This document shows positions 7,821 through 17,855 of a stretch of 64,000 bases of DNA, piece after piece; the first letter of the stretch is position 1; every line of letters starts with the position of its first letter. The notes below the pieces were generated by a model. That model worked only from the letters and a program-made list of their open reading frames with translations, searched no databases and was not told the origin of the DNA. This stretch comes from Elusimicrobiota bacterium (GTDB lineage: Bacteria; Elusimicrobiota; Elusimicrobia; UBA1565), in assembly GCA_043827405.1 (NCBI GenBank), contig JBDRPD010000022.1, forward strand, positions 1-64,000. Direction: 5' to 3'. A program made the position numbers and the translations under genes.

Positions 7821-9566
7821 GTGTTTGAAGAAAAAAAAGAACTAGAAACCGTGTTGGTCGAACGCGGCCTGATAACCGAGGAGCAGCACCAATACGCCCT
7901 GCGCCAAGCCGCGCAAGAGCACCTCACCTTCACCGACGCGGTCGTCTCCCTGGGCTACGCCACGGAAGACGCCATCGCCCGCGTAGTCGCCGAGGAGTAC
8001 GGCTACACCTACGCCGAGCGCGGCAGCAAGCTCCTCGAGGTCGAGCTGGACAAGGAGCTCGAGAGCACCATCCCCGAGGTCTTCGCGCGCGAGCATATCG
8101 TCCTCCCCCTCTTTCTGCAGGACAACGTGCTCTCGGTGGCGATATCCAACCCCGAGGACCTCTACATCCTGGAAAACCTCAACCTGGTCTCGGGCTACAA
8201 GGTCCAGCCCTATATCGCGACCAAGACCGACATCCTCAATACCATCGACCTGCTCTACCAGAAGGGCTGGACCAATATCATCGCCCAGACCATCCAGAGC
8301 GGCACCGCCGACGGCACGGACCCCCGGGACGACTCGCCGTCCGACGTACGCGTCGACCTCGACCGCACGGTCAAGGGCGGCCGCGGCGCCTACGCCATCA
8401 ATTTGGTCAACGCCATCCTCAAGCAGGCGATCGCCGAACGCTGCTCCGACATCCATCTCGAGGTCGTCGACCGCGAGGTCATCCTGCGCTTCCGCATCGA
8501 CGGCGTGCTGCACAGCCGCGTGCCGCCGCCGTTCCAGGTCTTCCCCCCGGTCATCTCGCGCCTCAAGATTCTCGCCAAGATGAACATCGCCGAGCACCGG
8601 CTGCCGCAGGACGGCAGCTTTTCGATGAAGCTGCAGAACCGCATCGTCGACGTACGCGCTTCGGTATGTCCCTCGGCCTACGGCGAAAAGATCGTCCTGC
8701 GGCTGCTTGACAAGGAGGCCGTCTCCCTCGACCTCGACACCATCGGGTTCGAAGAGAGCCAGAAGAACGCCTTCCTGTGGTCCGCGCAGCAGCCCAACGG
8801 CCTGATCCTGCTGACCGGTCCGACCGGCTCGGGAAAGACGACGACGCTGTACGCGCTGATCAGCCGCATTAAAACCCCGCGCAAGAACTTCATGTCGATC
8901 GAGGACCCGATCGAGATCAAGCTCAAGGGCATGACCCAGCTCGCCGTCCGCACCGAGATCGGCCTGACCTTCGCCTCCGCGCTGCGCTCTTTCCTGCGCC
9001 AGGACCCCGACGTCATCCTGGTCGGCGAGGTCCGCGATCTGGAAACCGCCCAGACCTGCCTGCGCGCTTCGCTGACCGGCCATCTGGTCCTGTCGACGCT
9101 GCACACCAACGACGCCTCCGCCGCCATCGTCCGCCTGCTGGACTTGGGCACGGAGCCGTTTCTCATCTCGTCGAGCATCAGCCTGGTCGCCGCCCAGCGC
9201 CTGGTCCGTATCCTGTGCCCGCGCTGCCGCGAAGCCTATACGCCTACCAAGGAAATGCTCACCACCTGCTTTGCCGAAGGCATGATGGCTCCGCCGGCCG
9301 ACACCTCCGGCATCCGGTTTTACAAGGCGGTGGGCTGCGATGCCTGCTCCAAGACCGGCTACAACGGCCGCATCGGCATTTACGAGGTCTACAAGATCAA
9401 CGATGAGACCCGCAATATCATCACCCGTGAGCACGGCGATATCGGCGCCATCAAGGAATGCTTCAAGAAGCGGGGACTCCTAACCTTGCGCGCCGCCGGC
9501 TGGCACAAGGTCGTACGAGGGATCACCACGGTGGACGAAGTATTCATGACCACCACCACGCGCTGA
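7821..9566 (+). CDS. pilB: PilB/GspE-family secretion/pilus assembly ATPase
   Basis: SDIHLE, RLPQDG, Walker A GPTGSGKTTTLY, EDPIE, LRQDPDVILVGEVRD, STLHTND, CxxC..CxxC; start GTG 7821 preferred over TTG 7803, which lies inside attR. Confidence 0.9.
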   Translation: MFEEKKELETVLVERGLITEEQHQYALRQAAQEHLTFTDAVVSLGYATEDAIARVVAEEYGYTYAERGSKLLEVELDKELESTIPEVFAREHIVLPLFLQDNVLSVAISNPEDLYILENLNLVSGYKVQPYIATKTDILNTIDLLYQKGWTNIIAQTIQSGTADGTDPRDDSPSDVRVDLDRTVKGGRGAYAINLVNAILKQAIAERCSDIHLEVVDREVILRFRIDGVLHSRVPPPFQVFPPVISRLKILAKMNIAEHRLPQDGSFSMKLQNRIVDVRASVCPSAYGEKIVLRLLDKEAVSLDLDTIGFEESQKNAFLWSAQQPNGLILLTGPTGSGKTTTLYALISRIKTPRKNFMSIEDPIEIKLKGMTQLAVRTEIGLTFASALRSFLRQDPDVILVGEVRDLETAQTCLRASLTGHLVLSTLHTNDASAAIVRLLDLGTEPFLISSSISLVAAQRLVRILCPRCREAYTPTKEMLTTCFAEGMMAPPADTSGIRFYKAVGCDACSKTGYNGRIGIYEVYKINDETRNIITREHGDIGAIKECFKKRGLLTLRAAGWHKVVRGITTVDEVFMTTTTR

Positions 9567-9572
9567 GGTTAT

Positions 9573-10268
9573 ATGATAGCCCGCTGCCCCTCCTGCCATA
9601 CCAATCTGGAAGCCTTCGAGACCACCTGTCCCGTCTGCATGCGCGAGCGCACGCGCGAGGAGATGTTCACCGCCCAGAGCGACGAAGCGGAATCGACGAG
9701 CGCGGTCAAGAAGCGCGGCTTTGGGTTTTTGTGGCTGCTCGTAGGCTTCGGCGTCGTCGGCTACGGCTACCACATGCATACGCAGAAGAAGCTTATGGAA
9801 GACCGGGCCGCCGCGCAGGAGAAGGCGGCCGTGAGCAAAGGAGCGGAGAAGGCCGTGCCGCATACCGCCGCAGCCGGCGCCGCGCCGGAAGAGAAGATCA
9901 CCAAATGGACCATCGGCGGCGAGGTCTACGATTTACTGAGCCTCAAGCCCGTAAAGGGCGCCCAGCTGGTATTCACCGACAAGGCCAAGGGCAGCCGCTA
10001 CAAAACGAAGACCGACGCGAAGGGCCGCTACACGATCAAGCTGCCGAAGCTGAAGGACGACGGCTACGAGCTCGTCGTCAAGCACCGCCGCTACCGTGGG
10101 GTATATCTGGAGGAAGAGACGTCGCGCCCGCTCAAACGGCAGGACCGGGAGTCCCGCCTGGAGACCTACGACGCCTTCAGCCGCACCGCCATCCTGCACG
10201 TTCCCCTGCTGCCGCCGGAAGACCAGCATACGGTCCGGCACGACCTCGTGCTGCTGCCGCCGCAGTAA
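9573..10268 (+). CDS. Zinc-ribbon + TM + carboxypeptidase-regulatory-like (beta-sandwich) protein
   Basis: CPSC...CPVC, one TM, IGGEVYD...PVKGAQL...TKTDAKGRYTI. Confidence 0.75.
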   Translation: MIARCPSCHTNLEAFETTCPVCMRERTREEMFTAQSDEAESTSAVKKRGFGFLWLLVGFGVVGYGYHMHTQKKLMEDRAAAQEKAAVSKGAEKAVPHTAAAGAAPEEKITKWTIGGEVYDLLSLKPVKGAQLVFTDKAKGSRYKTKTDAKGRYTIKLPKLKDDGYELVVKHRRYRGVYLEEETSRPLKRQDRESRLETYDAFSRTAILHVPLLPPEDQHTVRHDLVLLPPQ

Positions 10269-10282
10269 GTCCGCCGGCTAGG

Positions 10283-11506
10283 CTAGTTGGAGCCGTGCGT
10301 CCACTGATAGACGTCGCAGCCGTCGACCTGCCTCTCAACCGGGGTGAAGTCCGCGGTCGTGCGCATCGCCTCGATGACGTGCTTGCCGATGAAAATGCTG
10401 TTGGCCCCGGCGTACTTCTGCATATGCCCCGCGATGTCGATCGAGCGGTCGCTCATCTCTTCCATGGGGATCGTCTCATCGAAGAGGACGTTGCCGGCGT
10501 TGATGCCGCAGCGAACCTTGAAGTCGCGGCTCATCGCCTTGACGTGCTTGTTGAAATGCTCCAGATCGCCGATGACCTGCTTGGCGGCGCCGACCGCGGC
10601 CTCCGCTGAGGGGAAGCATATCATGACGCCGTCGGGCGTCCACGCCGCCTTGAGCCCCTTATTGTCGGCGATGGCCTTTTCCACCACCTTTTTGTACTGC
10701 GTAAAATCACGCGCGGCAATCGCCGGGTCCTCACCGACCTTCATGCCGGTAGAATCAACGACGTCGATGGCGAGAAAGGACAGGCTCTTCTTCTGTTCCT
10801 CGAGCTTTTTCTTGGCCTGCGCCATGAGCTCAAGCAACTCATCGCGAGACGCGGCCTTTGACGCGCCGCCGGCGAGCACCCGGTCTCGCGCCTGCCCCAG
10901 CAGCTTCTCTCCCTGCAGCCGCATAGCATCGTGCGCTTCCTTGCCGGCCTGGGCTTCCGCCGCGCGCTTGGCCTCGGCCAGCCGCTGAACTTCCGCAAAG
11001 GACTGCCGCTGCGCCTCGACGGCGGCGGCCTGGCTGGCGCGCTCCTTGGCGGCGCGCTCCGCGCGTTCGGTCGCCTCCCGCTCCAGCCGGAACATGGCCT
11101 CCTGCTGCGCTTTCAGCCGCTCTTTGCGTTCGGCGGCCAGCGCCGCATTGGTCTCGCGCTTCCTCTGTTCCTGCGCCAGAACCTCGCGGAAAAACAGCAG
11201 GCGGCTCTTCTGCACCTCGGTGAGAATCCACAGCACGAATACCGCCATAATAAACATCCACGGCGCGAGATCATTGCCCTCGAACTTATGCGGGAGGTTC
11301 TCGCGGATAAGGGATGCGGCGGGGTTCTCGATCGCCTTCTCGGCGATGATCATGTAGTTAAGTGCGGGGTAGGTTTCGGCCTTCTCGACGTAAGAAAGGC
11401 CCATTACGACAAAAAACAGAACCAGGTAAAGAGCGAAAACGATGCTGAGCGCCCGCACCATGCCGCGAAACACGCTTACAATAAGACTCTTCGTCGCTAT
11501 GATCAT
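10283..11506 (-). CDS. Membrane-anchored class III adenylate/guanylate cyclase-like protein with coiled-coil linker
   Basis: 2 TM; FLAIDVVDST, PDGVM and RCGINAG cyclase motifs. Confidence 0.85.
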   Translation of the reverse strand: MIIATKSLIVSVFRGMVRALSIVFALYLVLFFVVMGLSYVEKAETYPALNYMIIAEKAIENPAASLIRENLPHKFEGNDLAPWMFIMAVFVLWILTEVQKSRLLFFREVLAQEQRKRETNAALAAERKERLKAQQEAMFRLEREATERAERAAKERASQAAAVEAQRQSFAEVQRLAEAKRAAEAQAGKEAHDAMRLQGEKLLGQARDRVLAGGASKAASRDELLELMAQAKKKLEEQKKSLSFLAIDVVDSTGMKVGEDPAIAARDFTQYKKVVEKAIADNKGLKAAWTPDGVMICFPSAEAAVGAAKQVIGDLEHFNKHVKAMSRDFKVRCGINAGNVLFDETIPMEEMSDRSIDIAGHMQKYAGANSIFIGKHVIEAMRTTADFTPVERQVDGCDVYQWTHGSN

Positions 11507-11600
11507 ATTCCTCCCGCAAATGACCTAAAGCCAGGCTTTAGATGTTTATTATACCATTAATTTCTGTAATCCTGCCCCCCGGGACTGATATAATCCAGGA

Positions 11601-12290
11601 GTGGAAAGGCCTATTCGAGCAGCGCTCTGCGGAGCGCGGGGACGCATGGGGCGGCAAATCATCGCGCTCGCCGAAGAGTTTTCCGGACTGAGCATCGTCG
11701 CGCATATCGACCTCGACAATCACCGAACCCTGAGGGCGGCGATGGAACAGGCCGACGTGCTCATTGATTTCAGCTCCCCCAAGGGCGCCCTCGCCGCCGT
11801 CGCGGCGGCAGGCAAAGCCCGCGTCCCCGCCGTCGTCGGCACCACGGGCTTCACCCCGGCGCAGACCAAGCGTCTCAAGAGCCATGCGCGGCGCATCCCC
11901 CTGCTGCTCGCTCCCAACTGCAGCCCCGGGATGAACCTGCTCTTCGAGCTGGCGCGCAAAGCCGCCGCCTCGCTTCCGTCCTACGACGCGGTCATCTCGG
12001 AGACCCACCATACGCGGAAAAAAGACGCCCCCTCCGGCAGCGCCAAGCGGCTGGCCGAGGCGGTCCGGGAGGGCCGCCGCGGCAAAAGCGGCGTTGCGAC
12101 GGTGAGCCTGCGCGCCGGCGACATCATCGGCGACCATACGCTGCTGCTCGCCGGACCCGACGAGCGGCTGGAGCTGAGCCATCAGGCGCAGGCGCGCAGC
12201 GTTTTTGCCCGCGGCGCGCTGGAGGCCGCGGTCTGGATCAGCCGCCGCCGCCCGGGACTCTACACCATGAAAGACCTGCTCGGTCTATGA
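11601..12290 (+). CDS. dapB: 4-hydroxy-tetrahydrodipicolinate reductase
   Basis: GARGRMG, IDFS, VVGTTG, ETHHTRKKDAPSGSA. Confidence 0.96.
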   Translation: MERPIRAALCGARGRMGRQIIALAEEFSGLSIVAHIDLDNHRTLRAAMEQADVLIDFSSPKGALAAVAAAGKARVPAVVGTTGFTPAQTKRLKSHARRIPLLLAPNCSPGMNLLFELARKAAASLPSYDAVISETHHTRKKDAPSGSAKRLAEAVREGRRGKSGVATVSLRAGDIIGDHTLLLAGPDERLELSHQAQARSVFARGALEAAVWISRRRPGLYTMKDLLGL

Positions 12291-12664
12291 GCCGGCGGGG
12301 ACTCAAAGAGCGGCTGCTCGACCTCTTCAGCGACGAGGACGATCCCGAGGAGCCCTACTTCGATCCGGCTCATATCGGCGCCGTCATCATCCTCTGCCTA
12401 ACGGGCATCGGCGCCCTCTACTGGCTGCTGTGGACGCTGCTGGTCTTTGAGGGCGGACTGTTCGGCAAGCTGGGAGCCGCCGCCGCCGTGCTGTTCACCT
12501 CGAAAACGCTCAAAGATGTCGGCTACCTCGGCACGCCGCATGCGATGGGCCCCTTCGAAGGCTGGCTGGGGAACGTGCTCGCCTTGGCTCTCTGCGTGCT
12601 CGTCGCCGCGGCGCTCAAACGCCTTTATACGCAAACCGCCGCGAAAAACCGCCGCCGCCCATGA
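12287..12664 (+). CDS. Hypothetical membrane protein (125 aa)
   Basis: ATGA overlaps with dapB and folK; hydrophobic segments. Confidence 0.75.
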   Translation: MSRRGLKERLLDLFSDEDDPEEPYFDPAHIGAVIILCLTGIGALYWLLWTLLVFEGGLFGKLGAAAAVLFTSKTLKDVGYLGTPHAMGPFEGWLGNVLALALCVLVAAALKRLYTQTAAKNRRRP

Positions 12665-13092
12665 CGCCCGGGGCGGACTGCCTGATCGCCTTGGGCTCGA
12701 ACCGGGGCCGCCGGCGCAGCCATATCCGCTTCGCCCTGCGCGCGCTGGACCTTTTGCCGCGCACCCGGCTGCTGCGCCGCTCATCGCTGCACGAGACGGC
12801 GCCGGTCGGAGGGCCGCCGCAGCGGCACTTTATCAACGCCGCCGCGCTGATCCGGACCCGGCTCAGCCCCATGGGCCTCCTGGTAGAGCTCAAGCGTCTC
12901 GAAGCGTCCTGCGGCCGGCGGCCGGGACCGCGCTGGGGGCCGCGCCCTCTCGACCTGGATATTCTGTACTACGGCCGCAAAAAACTGCGGACCCGCTACC
13001 TCCGCGTGCCGCATCCGCTCGTCCGCAAACGACAGTTCGTGCTCGCCCCGCTGGCAGAGGTGAGCCCTTCCCGGCTGGGCGGAAAATGTTAA
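12661..13092 (+). CDS. folK: 2-amino-4-hydroxy-6-hydroxymethyldihydropteridine diphosphokinase
   Basis: IALGSNRG, RWGPRPLDLDIL, VPHP, FVLAPL. Confidence 0.95.
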   Translation: MTPGADCLIALGSNRGRRRSHIRFALRALDLLPRTRLLRRSSLHETAPVGGPPQRHFINAAALIRTRLSPMGLLVELKRLEASCGRRPGPRWGPRPLDLDILYYGRKKLRTRYLRVPHPLVRKRQFVLAPLAEVSPSRLGGKC

Positions 13093-13101
13093 GATAGCCC
13101 C

Positions 13102-13935
13102 ATGCCCCCGGCAAAGATAACGACGGCGAAGCTCCGGGAGATGAAGCAGCAGGGCCGGACCATCGTCGCCCTGACCGCCTATGACGCGCCCACCGCGCGG
13201 CTGCTCAACGACGCGGGGGTCGACGTCATCCTGGTCGGCGATTCGGTCGGCAACGTCAAGCTCGGCTACGAGAACACGATCCCGGTCACGGTCGACGAGA
13301 TGCTGCATCACACCAAAGCGGTGCACCGCGGAAATTCCCACGCCTTGCTGGTGGCCGATATGCCGTATCTCTCATATGAGATCGACGTGCTGGAGGCTTT
13401 GCGCAGCGCCGGCCGGCTCATTAAGGACGGCGGCGCGGAGGCGGTAAAGGTCGAAGGCGGGCTCGAAGTCGCGCCCGTCATTAAGGAGCTTCTGCGCGTC
13501 AACATCCCGGTCATGGGCCACCTCGGCCTGACCCCGCAGGCGCTGCACCGGATCGGCGGGTATAAGGTACAGGGACGCCGGCCGGAAGACGCCGACAAGA
13601 TGATAACGGACGCCAAGATCCTGGAGGGGGCGGGAGTTTTCGCCATCGTCCTCGAATGCGTCCCCGCCGAGCTGGCCAAGGAGATCACGGCGCAGGTACA
13701 GGTGCCGACGATCGGCATCGGCGCGGGAACGGAGTGCGACGGGCAGATTCTCGTCAGCGACGATATCTTCGGCATGAGCGGCGCCCCGGTACCGAAGTTC
13801 GTCAAGCGCTACGCCGACCTGCACTCCACCATGCTCGAAGCCGTCAAGCAGTACGCCGATGAGGTCCGCGGCAAGGACTTCCCCGCCCGCGACCACATCT
13901 ACACGTCCTCGGCCAAGCCTCGGACCTCGCGCTAA
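13102..13935 (+). CDS. panB: 3-methyl-2-oxobutanoate hydroxymethyltransferase
   Basis: LTAYD, ILVGDS, VADMP, VKVEGG, GHLGLTPQ, IGIGAG. Confidence 0.97.
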   Translation: MPPAKITTAKLREMKQQGRTIVALTAYDAPTARLLNDAGVDVILVGDSVGNVKLGYENTIPVTVDEMLHHTKAVHRGNSHALLVADMPYLSYEIDVLEALRSAGRLIKDGGAEAVKVEGGLEVAPVIKELLRVNIPVMGHLGLTPQALHRIGGYKVQGRRPEDADKMITDAKILEGAGVFAIVLECVPAELAKEITAQVQVPTIGIGAGTECDGQILVSDDIFGMSGAPVPKFVKRYADLHSTMLEAVKQYADEVRGKDFPARDHIYTSSAKPRTSR

Positions 13936-13938
13936 GAC

Positions 13939-14811
13939 GTGACCTGGCTGCTCCTGCTCCTTCCGCTGCTGCTCTTGACCCTGATCGGCGCCTGTTGGTG
14001 GGGCTCCGGCCGGGTGTTTCACCCCCCCGCCATGACCCCGCTGTATGTTTTCCCGGAACAGTTCGGCCTGGCACATGAGAAGGTCTCCTTCCCGACCGAG
14101 GACGGCCTGACCCTTAAGGGCTGGCTCATTCCCGCGCGGGAGAAAACCGACCGCACCATATTTTTCTGCCACGGCTGGGGAGACAACAAAGGCGACATGC
14201 TGGACCGCTTCCACTTTCTGGCCCGCGATTTCAATCTATTCTTCTACGACAGCCGCGCGCACGGCGAGAGCGGCGGGGAATTCTCCACCATCGGGTATCT
14301 GGAGGCGATCGACTTCACGGCGGCGCTGCGCTTCCTCAAAGAGCAGCGTCCCGCCTGGATGCGCCGGCTCGGATTTTACGGCCTCTCCATGGGCGCCGCG
14401 GTAGGAATCCGCGGCCTGGCGTATGCCCCGGAGTTCCGCTGCGCCGTGCTGGAAGCGCCGTTCGCCTCATTCAATGAGGTGGTCGAGCAGTTCTGCACCA
14501 TAAACTATCCGCTGCCCCGCTTTCCTTTTGCCTACCTGACGCTCGCTATCATCCGCCACCGGCTCGGCGCGGACTCTGAACCCCATAGTCCCCGGTATCA
14601 CATCAGGAAACTCTCCGGGCGGCCCCTGTTCTTCATTTCCGGAGCGCAGGACCGCCTGATGCCGCCGGCCATCGTCCGTTCACTGTACGAAGAAGCCGGC
14701 CAGCCCAAGGAGCTGTGGGAAATCCCGGAGGCGGAGCACGGACGCTGTCAGGAAGCCGCCGGAGAGGAATACAACCGGCGGGTGCGGGAGTTCTTCCGCG
14801 CCAACCTATGA
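13939..14811 (+). CDS. Alpha/beta hydrolase with N-terminal anchor
   Basis: CHGWG, DSRAHGES, GLSMG nucleophile elbow, AQD and EH catalytic candidates. Confidence 0.9.
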   Translation: MTWLLLLLPLLLLTLIGACWWGSGRVFHPPAMTPLYVFPEQFGLAHEKVSFPTEDGLTLKGWLIPAREKTDRTIFFCHGWGDNKGDMLDRFHFLARDFNLFFYDSRAHGESGGEFSTIGYLEAIDFTAALRFLKEQRPAWMRRLGFYGLSMGAAVGIRGLAYAPEFRCAVLEAPFASFNEVVEQFCTINYPLPRFPFAYLTLAIIRHRLGADSEPHSPRYHIRKLSGRPLFFISGAQDRLMPPAIVRSLYEEAGQPKELWEIPEAEHGRCQEAAGEEYNRRVREFFRANL

Positions 14812-15665
14812 AACGAGCAGGCACCCTGACGGCGATCGGACGCATCACGGAGCGCTGGAGGCGTTCCGGGAAGAAGATCGGCTTCGTCCCCACCATGGGA
14901 GCGCTGCATGCGGCTCATATGTCCCTGGTCGAGCGCGCGCGCAAGGAATGCGACCGCGTTGTCGTTTCGATTTTCGTCAATCCGGCGCAGTTCGGCCCGC
15001 AGGAGGATTTCACGCGCTATCCCCGCCCCCGGCGCCGCGACGACGCCTTGTGCCGCGAAAACGGAGTCGACGCGCTCTACCGTCCCCGCACCGCGGATAT
15101 TTACCCCCCGGGCTTTCGCACCTTCGTCGAAGTCACAGACCTGTCCGAACTGCTGTGCGGACGCTCCCGTCCCGGGCACTTCCGCGGAGTGGCTACCGTG
15201 GTCCTAAAACTCCTGGAGCAGGTCCGGCCGCATGCGCTGTACCTGGGCGAAAAGGATTTCCAACAGCTGGTCATTGTGCGCCGCATGGTGCGCGACCTGA
15301 ATATCCCCGCGCGCGTCATCGGCTGCCGGACCCGGCGCGAGCGCGACGGCTTGGCGCTATCGAGCCGCAACAACTATCTGCGCCCGCAGGAACGATCCTG
15401 GGCGCCGCGGCTCTACCGCGCGCTGCGCTGCGGGGCGGCGGAAGGGCGCCGGCGGGGAGCTACGCCGGGCCGCGTTCTCCGCAGCATGCGCCGGGAAGCC
15501 GAAAAGATTCCCGGCGTCCGCATCGACTATCTCGAAGTCATTGATGCGGATACTTTGCGGCGGCCCGCACGCTTGCGAGGGCGCATGCGCCTGCTGGGAG
15601 CCGTCCGCATCGGCGAGACCCGGCTCATTGACAATATTCCCTTCACAATGCGACCATTATGCTGA
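14808..15665 (+). CDS. panC: Pantoate--beta-alanine ligase
   Basis: GFVPTMGALHAAH, SIFVNPAQF, RPGHFRGV, GEKDFQQ, LSSRN, RLIDN; ATGA overlap at 14808. Confidence 0.97.
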   Translation: MKRAGTLTAIGRITERWRRSGKKIGFVPTMGALHAAHMSLVERARKECDRVVVSIFVNPAQFGPQEDFTRYPRPRRRDDALCRENGVDALYRPRTADIYPPGFRTFVEVTDLSELLCGRSRPGHFRGVATVVLKLLEQVRPHALYLGEKDFQQLVIVRRMVRDLNIPARVIGCRTRRERDGLALSSRNNYLRPQERSWAPRLYRALRCGAAEGRRRGATPGRVLRSMRREAEKIPGVRIDYLEVIDADTLRRPARLRGRMRLLGAVRIGETRLIDNIPFTMRPLC

Positions 15666-15692
15666 TCGACGGATATTTACGGTAATTCATCC

Positions 15693-17855
15693 TTGAATAG
15701 GCTTTCCTTAACTATAGCGTTCGTTTTGGCCGCCGGACCGCTGTGCCTCCGTGCGCAATCCGAGGAAGCGGCCGCCGCGCCGAAAACGGCTCTCAGCTAC
15801 CTCAACGAGCATCTCGGTGCCGCGGCGGCGGATATCCTGGAAGCCCGCGGCTACGTCGTTCTGGCGGGCAAGACCAAATCCCGGCGCCTGGTTCATGTTC
15901 AGTGGAAGGCCCTGGAACTCCTCTTGGCCAACCGCAAGGATCTTCTCGTTTTCATAAAGCTTTTCGACAGCCGTCCGGCATTCGATACCGCCCCGGAAGA
16001 TATCGCCGCGCTGCGGCGGCTCAAGGAGCTGCCCAGCACGGGGCTGCTCACGCCGGCCATGCATTCAGCGGTTGACGTCATTGCCGCGCATCTGCAGGAG
16101 GCGGCCGCCCTGCCGAAAAAGGCCCCGGCAGGGACGGAGAACGGCGCTTTCAGCACGCGGTGGGGCGAGGAGTTCCGCGCGGAGTTCCATGCCGAGCTCT
16201 TGACGGATTTTACTCCGCTGGCCGAAGACTATTTCACGCGCGTCCTTTCCCTTCCCGAAGCGGACGCGCACTTCCGTTCCTACATGCAGGACGTTCGCGG
16301 CCTTGACGCGGGAATCCTGCTGGATCAGGACCAGGCCGCCGGCGAACTGTCGCGCAAGACGAGCTTGCTTATCGCCTCCTACCTCCTGGATCAAAAACGC
16401 CTATGGAACCTGGCGCAGACGGCGCACCGCCTCAAAGACATCCTGCGCTCGAGCGGCCTGCGCGCCGATCTGGATGGGCTGCGCGGAACTCTGCCGGCGG
16501 CCGGCGATCACAAAAGCATCCTCAAGGGTCTGCGTACGGCCCTCGAAGAACAGGACCGGGACGCCCGCATCCGCTTCCGCGGCACCGACCTGCACGTGCA
16601 CGCTGCCGACGGCGGCGCCCAGCAGAATACGGGCGACCGGGTCGTCGTCAGCCTGGCGTACTGGATCGAAGGGGCGAACAGCGGGGAACGGATCGACGTG
16701 TCCGCGACCGGCTTTATCGACGACCGCGAGCAGGGTGTCCGCCGCAAAATCGCCGACACCAAGCGGCTCGGCAGCGGCGGCCCCTACACGTTTACAACCG
16801 AGGTGACGCTCGAGTCGCCGTACCCCGTAGCCTACCGCTTCTATCTCAGCGCCCCGGGCGCGGAGACGCTGGAAGCCGACGTCACGATCGGGGTATCGCC
16901 CAGCTTCCAGGATACGGTCACCTCGCTCGCCGAAGCCGACGGGCTCGTCTCCAGGTGCCAGCTCAATAAGGCCGAGAAGGCCCTGCAGGACGCGCGCGGG
17001 GAAACCGCCGCTCTGGCCGGCAGGGAGCCGTTTAAAAAGCTATTGACCGACATCGACGACCGGCGCAAAGAGCTGGCACGGCGGAAGGAGGCGCGCGGAC
17101 ACCTGAAAGGAAGCCTGGACAGCGTCCATCTCTATGCCTCGCGCGAGCACTGCGACTATCAACCCGACCGCGCCGAGCGCGCCCTGGCGCTCATGAAGCG
17201 GCTGCCGCCGGGCTGTGACCAAATCCGGGCGGCTTCGGGCCAGGCGCTGTCTCAGCATATCGTCAAGCTGCTGCGCCGCACCAGCCGCCGGCGCCATCTG
17301 CAGGACGCTTTCAGCGCCGCGGCCGCCAAGGCGCGCGAACTGGAACGGAACTGCAGCATCCAGGAAGCGGCCGATATGTATACTTCGGCGCTGGCGCTGC
17401 TGGAGTCCGACCCGGGGGCGCGCTGCGGTGAATGGGAGACGGATTTCGAGCGGATTCGGCTCAACGATCTGCGGCGGGTAGGGCGCGCCTCCGCCGTCAG
17501 GGACGCGATTGAGCGCACGATCTCCAACGCTGAAAAAGCCTTCGCGCAAGGGCACTACGCCGCAGCTTTAAGCATTCTGCATCCCTTGCGGGCGGGCATC
17601 GACGCCCTCGATAACGCCGGCTGCTACGGCGCGCTGAAAGAGCAGGCCGAGAAAGTGGCACAAGCCGCCGGCCTCGCTCTGCCGCCCCGGCCCGCGCAGG
17701 ATCTTAAGGAATTGCTTCCAAGTGACCCGATCGCCAAACCCCTCGAAGACGTACGCCGCGCGAGCCGCCGTCTGCGCGAGGAGCGCCGCCGGCAGCAGGA
17801 AACGGAAACCAGCTTTGAAGGCCCCAATACGCCGGACGAGGAGGAACCGCAGTGA
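15693..17855 (+). CDS. Secreted hypothetical protein (720 aa) with a beta-sandwich middle and Cys-studded helical C-terminus
   Basis: Signal-peptide-like N-terminus, long ORF, GTGA-coupled to the next gene. Confidence 0.75.
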   Translation: MNRLSLTIAFVLAAGPLCLRAQSEEAAAAPKTALSYLNEHLGAAAADILEARGYVVLAGKTKSRRLVHVQWKALELLLANRKDLLVFIKLFDSRPAFDTAPEDIAALRRLKELPSTGLLTPAMHSAVDVIAAHLQEAAALPKKAPAGTENGAFSTRWGEEFRAEFHAELLTDFTPLAEDYFTRVLSLPEADAHFRSYMQDVRGLDAGILLDQDQAAGELSRKTSLLIASYLLDQKRLWNLAQTAHRLKDILRSSGLRADLDGLRGTLPAAGDHKSILKGLRTALEEQDRDARIRFRGTDLHVHAADGGAQQNTGDRVVVSLAYWIEGANSGERIDVSATGFIDDREQGVRRKIADTKRLGSGGPYTFTTEVTLESPYPVAYRFYLSAPGAETLEADVTIGVSPSFQDTVTSLAEADGLVSRCQLNKAEKALQDARGETAALAGREPFKKLLTDIDDRRKELARRKEARGHLKGSLDSVHLYASREHCDYQPDRAERALALMKRLPPGCDQIRAASGQALSQHIVKLLRRTSRRRHLQDAFSAAAAKARELERNCSIQEAADMYTSALALLESDPGARCGEWETDFERIRLNDLRRVGRASAVRDAIERTISNAEKAFAQGHYAAALSILHPLRAGIDALDNAGCYGALKEQAEKVAQAAGLALPPRPAQDLKELLPSDPIAKPLEDVRRASRRLREERRRQQETETSFEGPNTPDEEEPQ

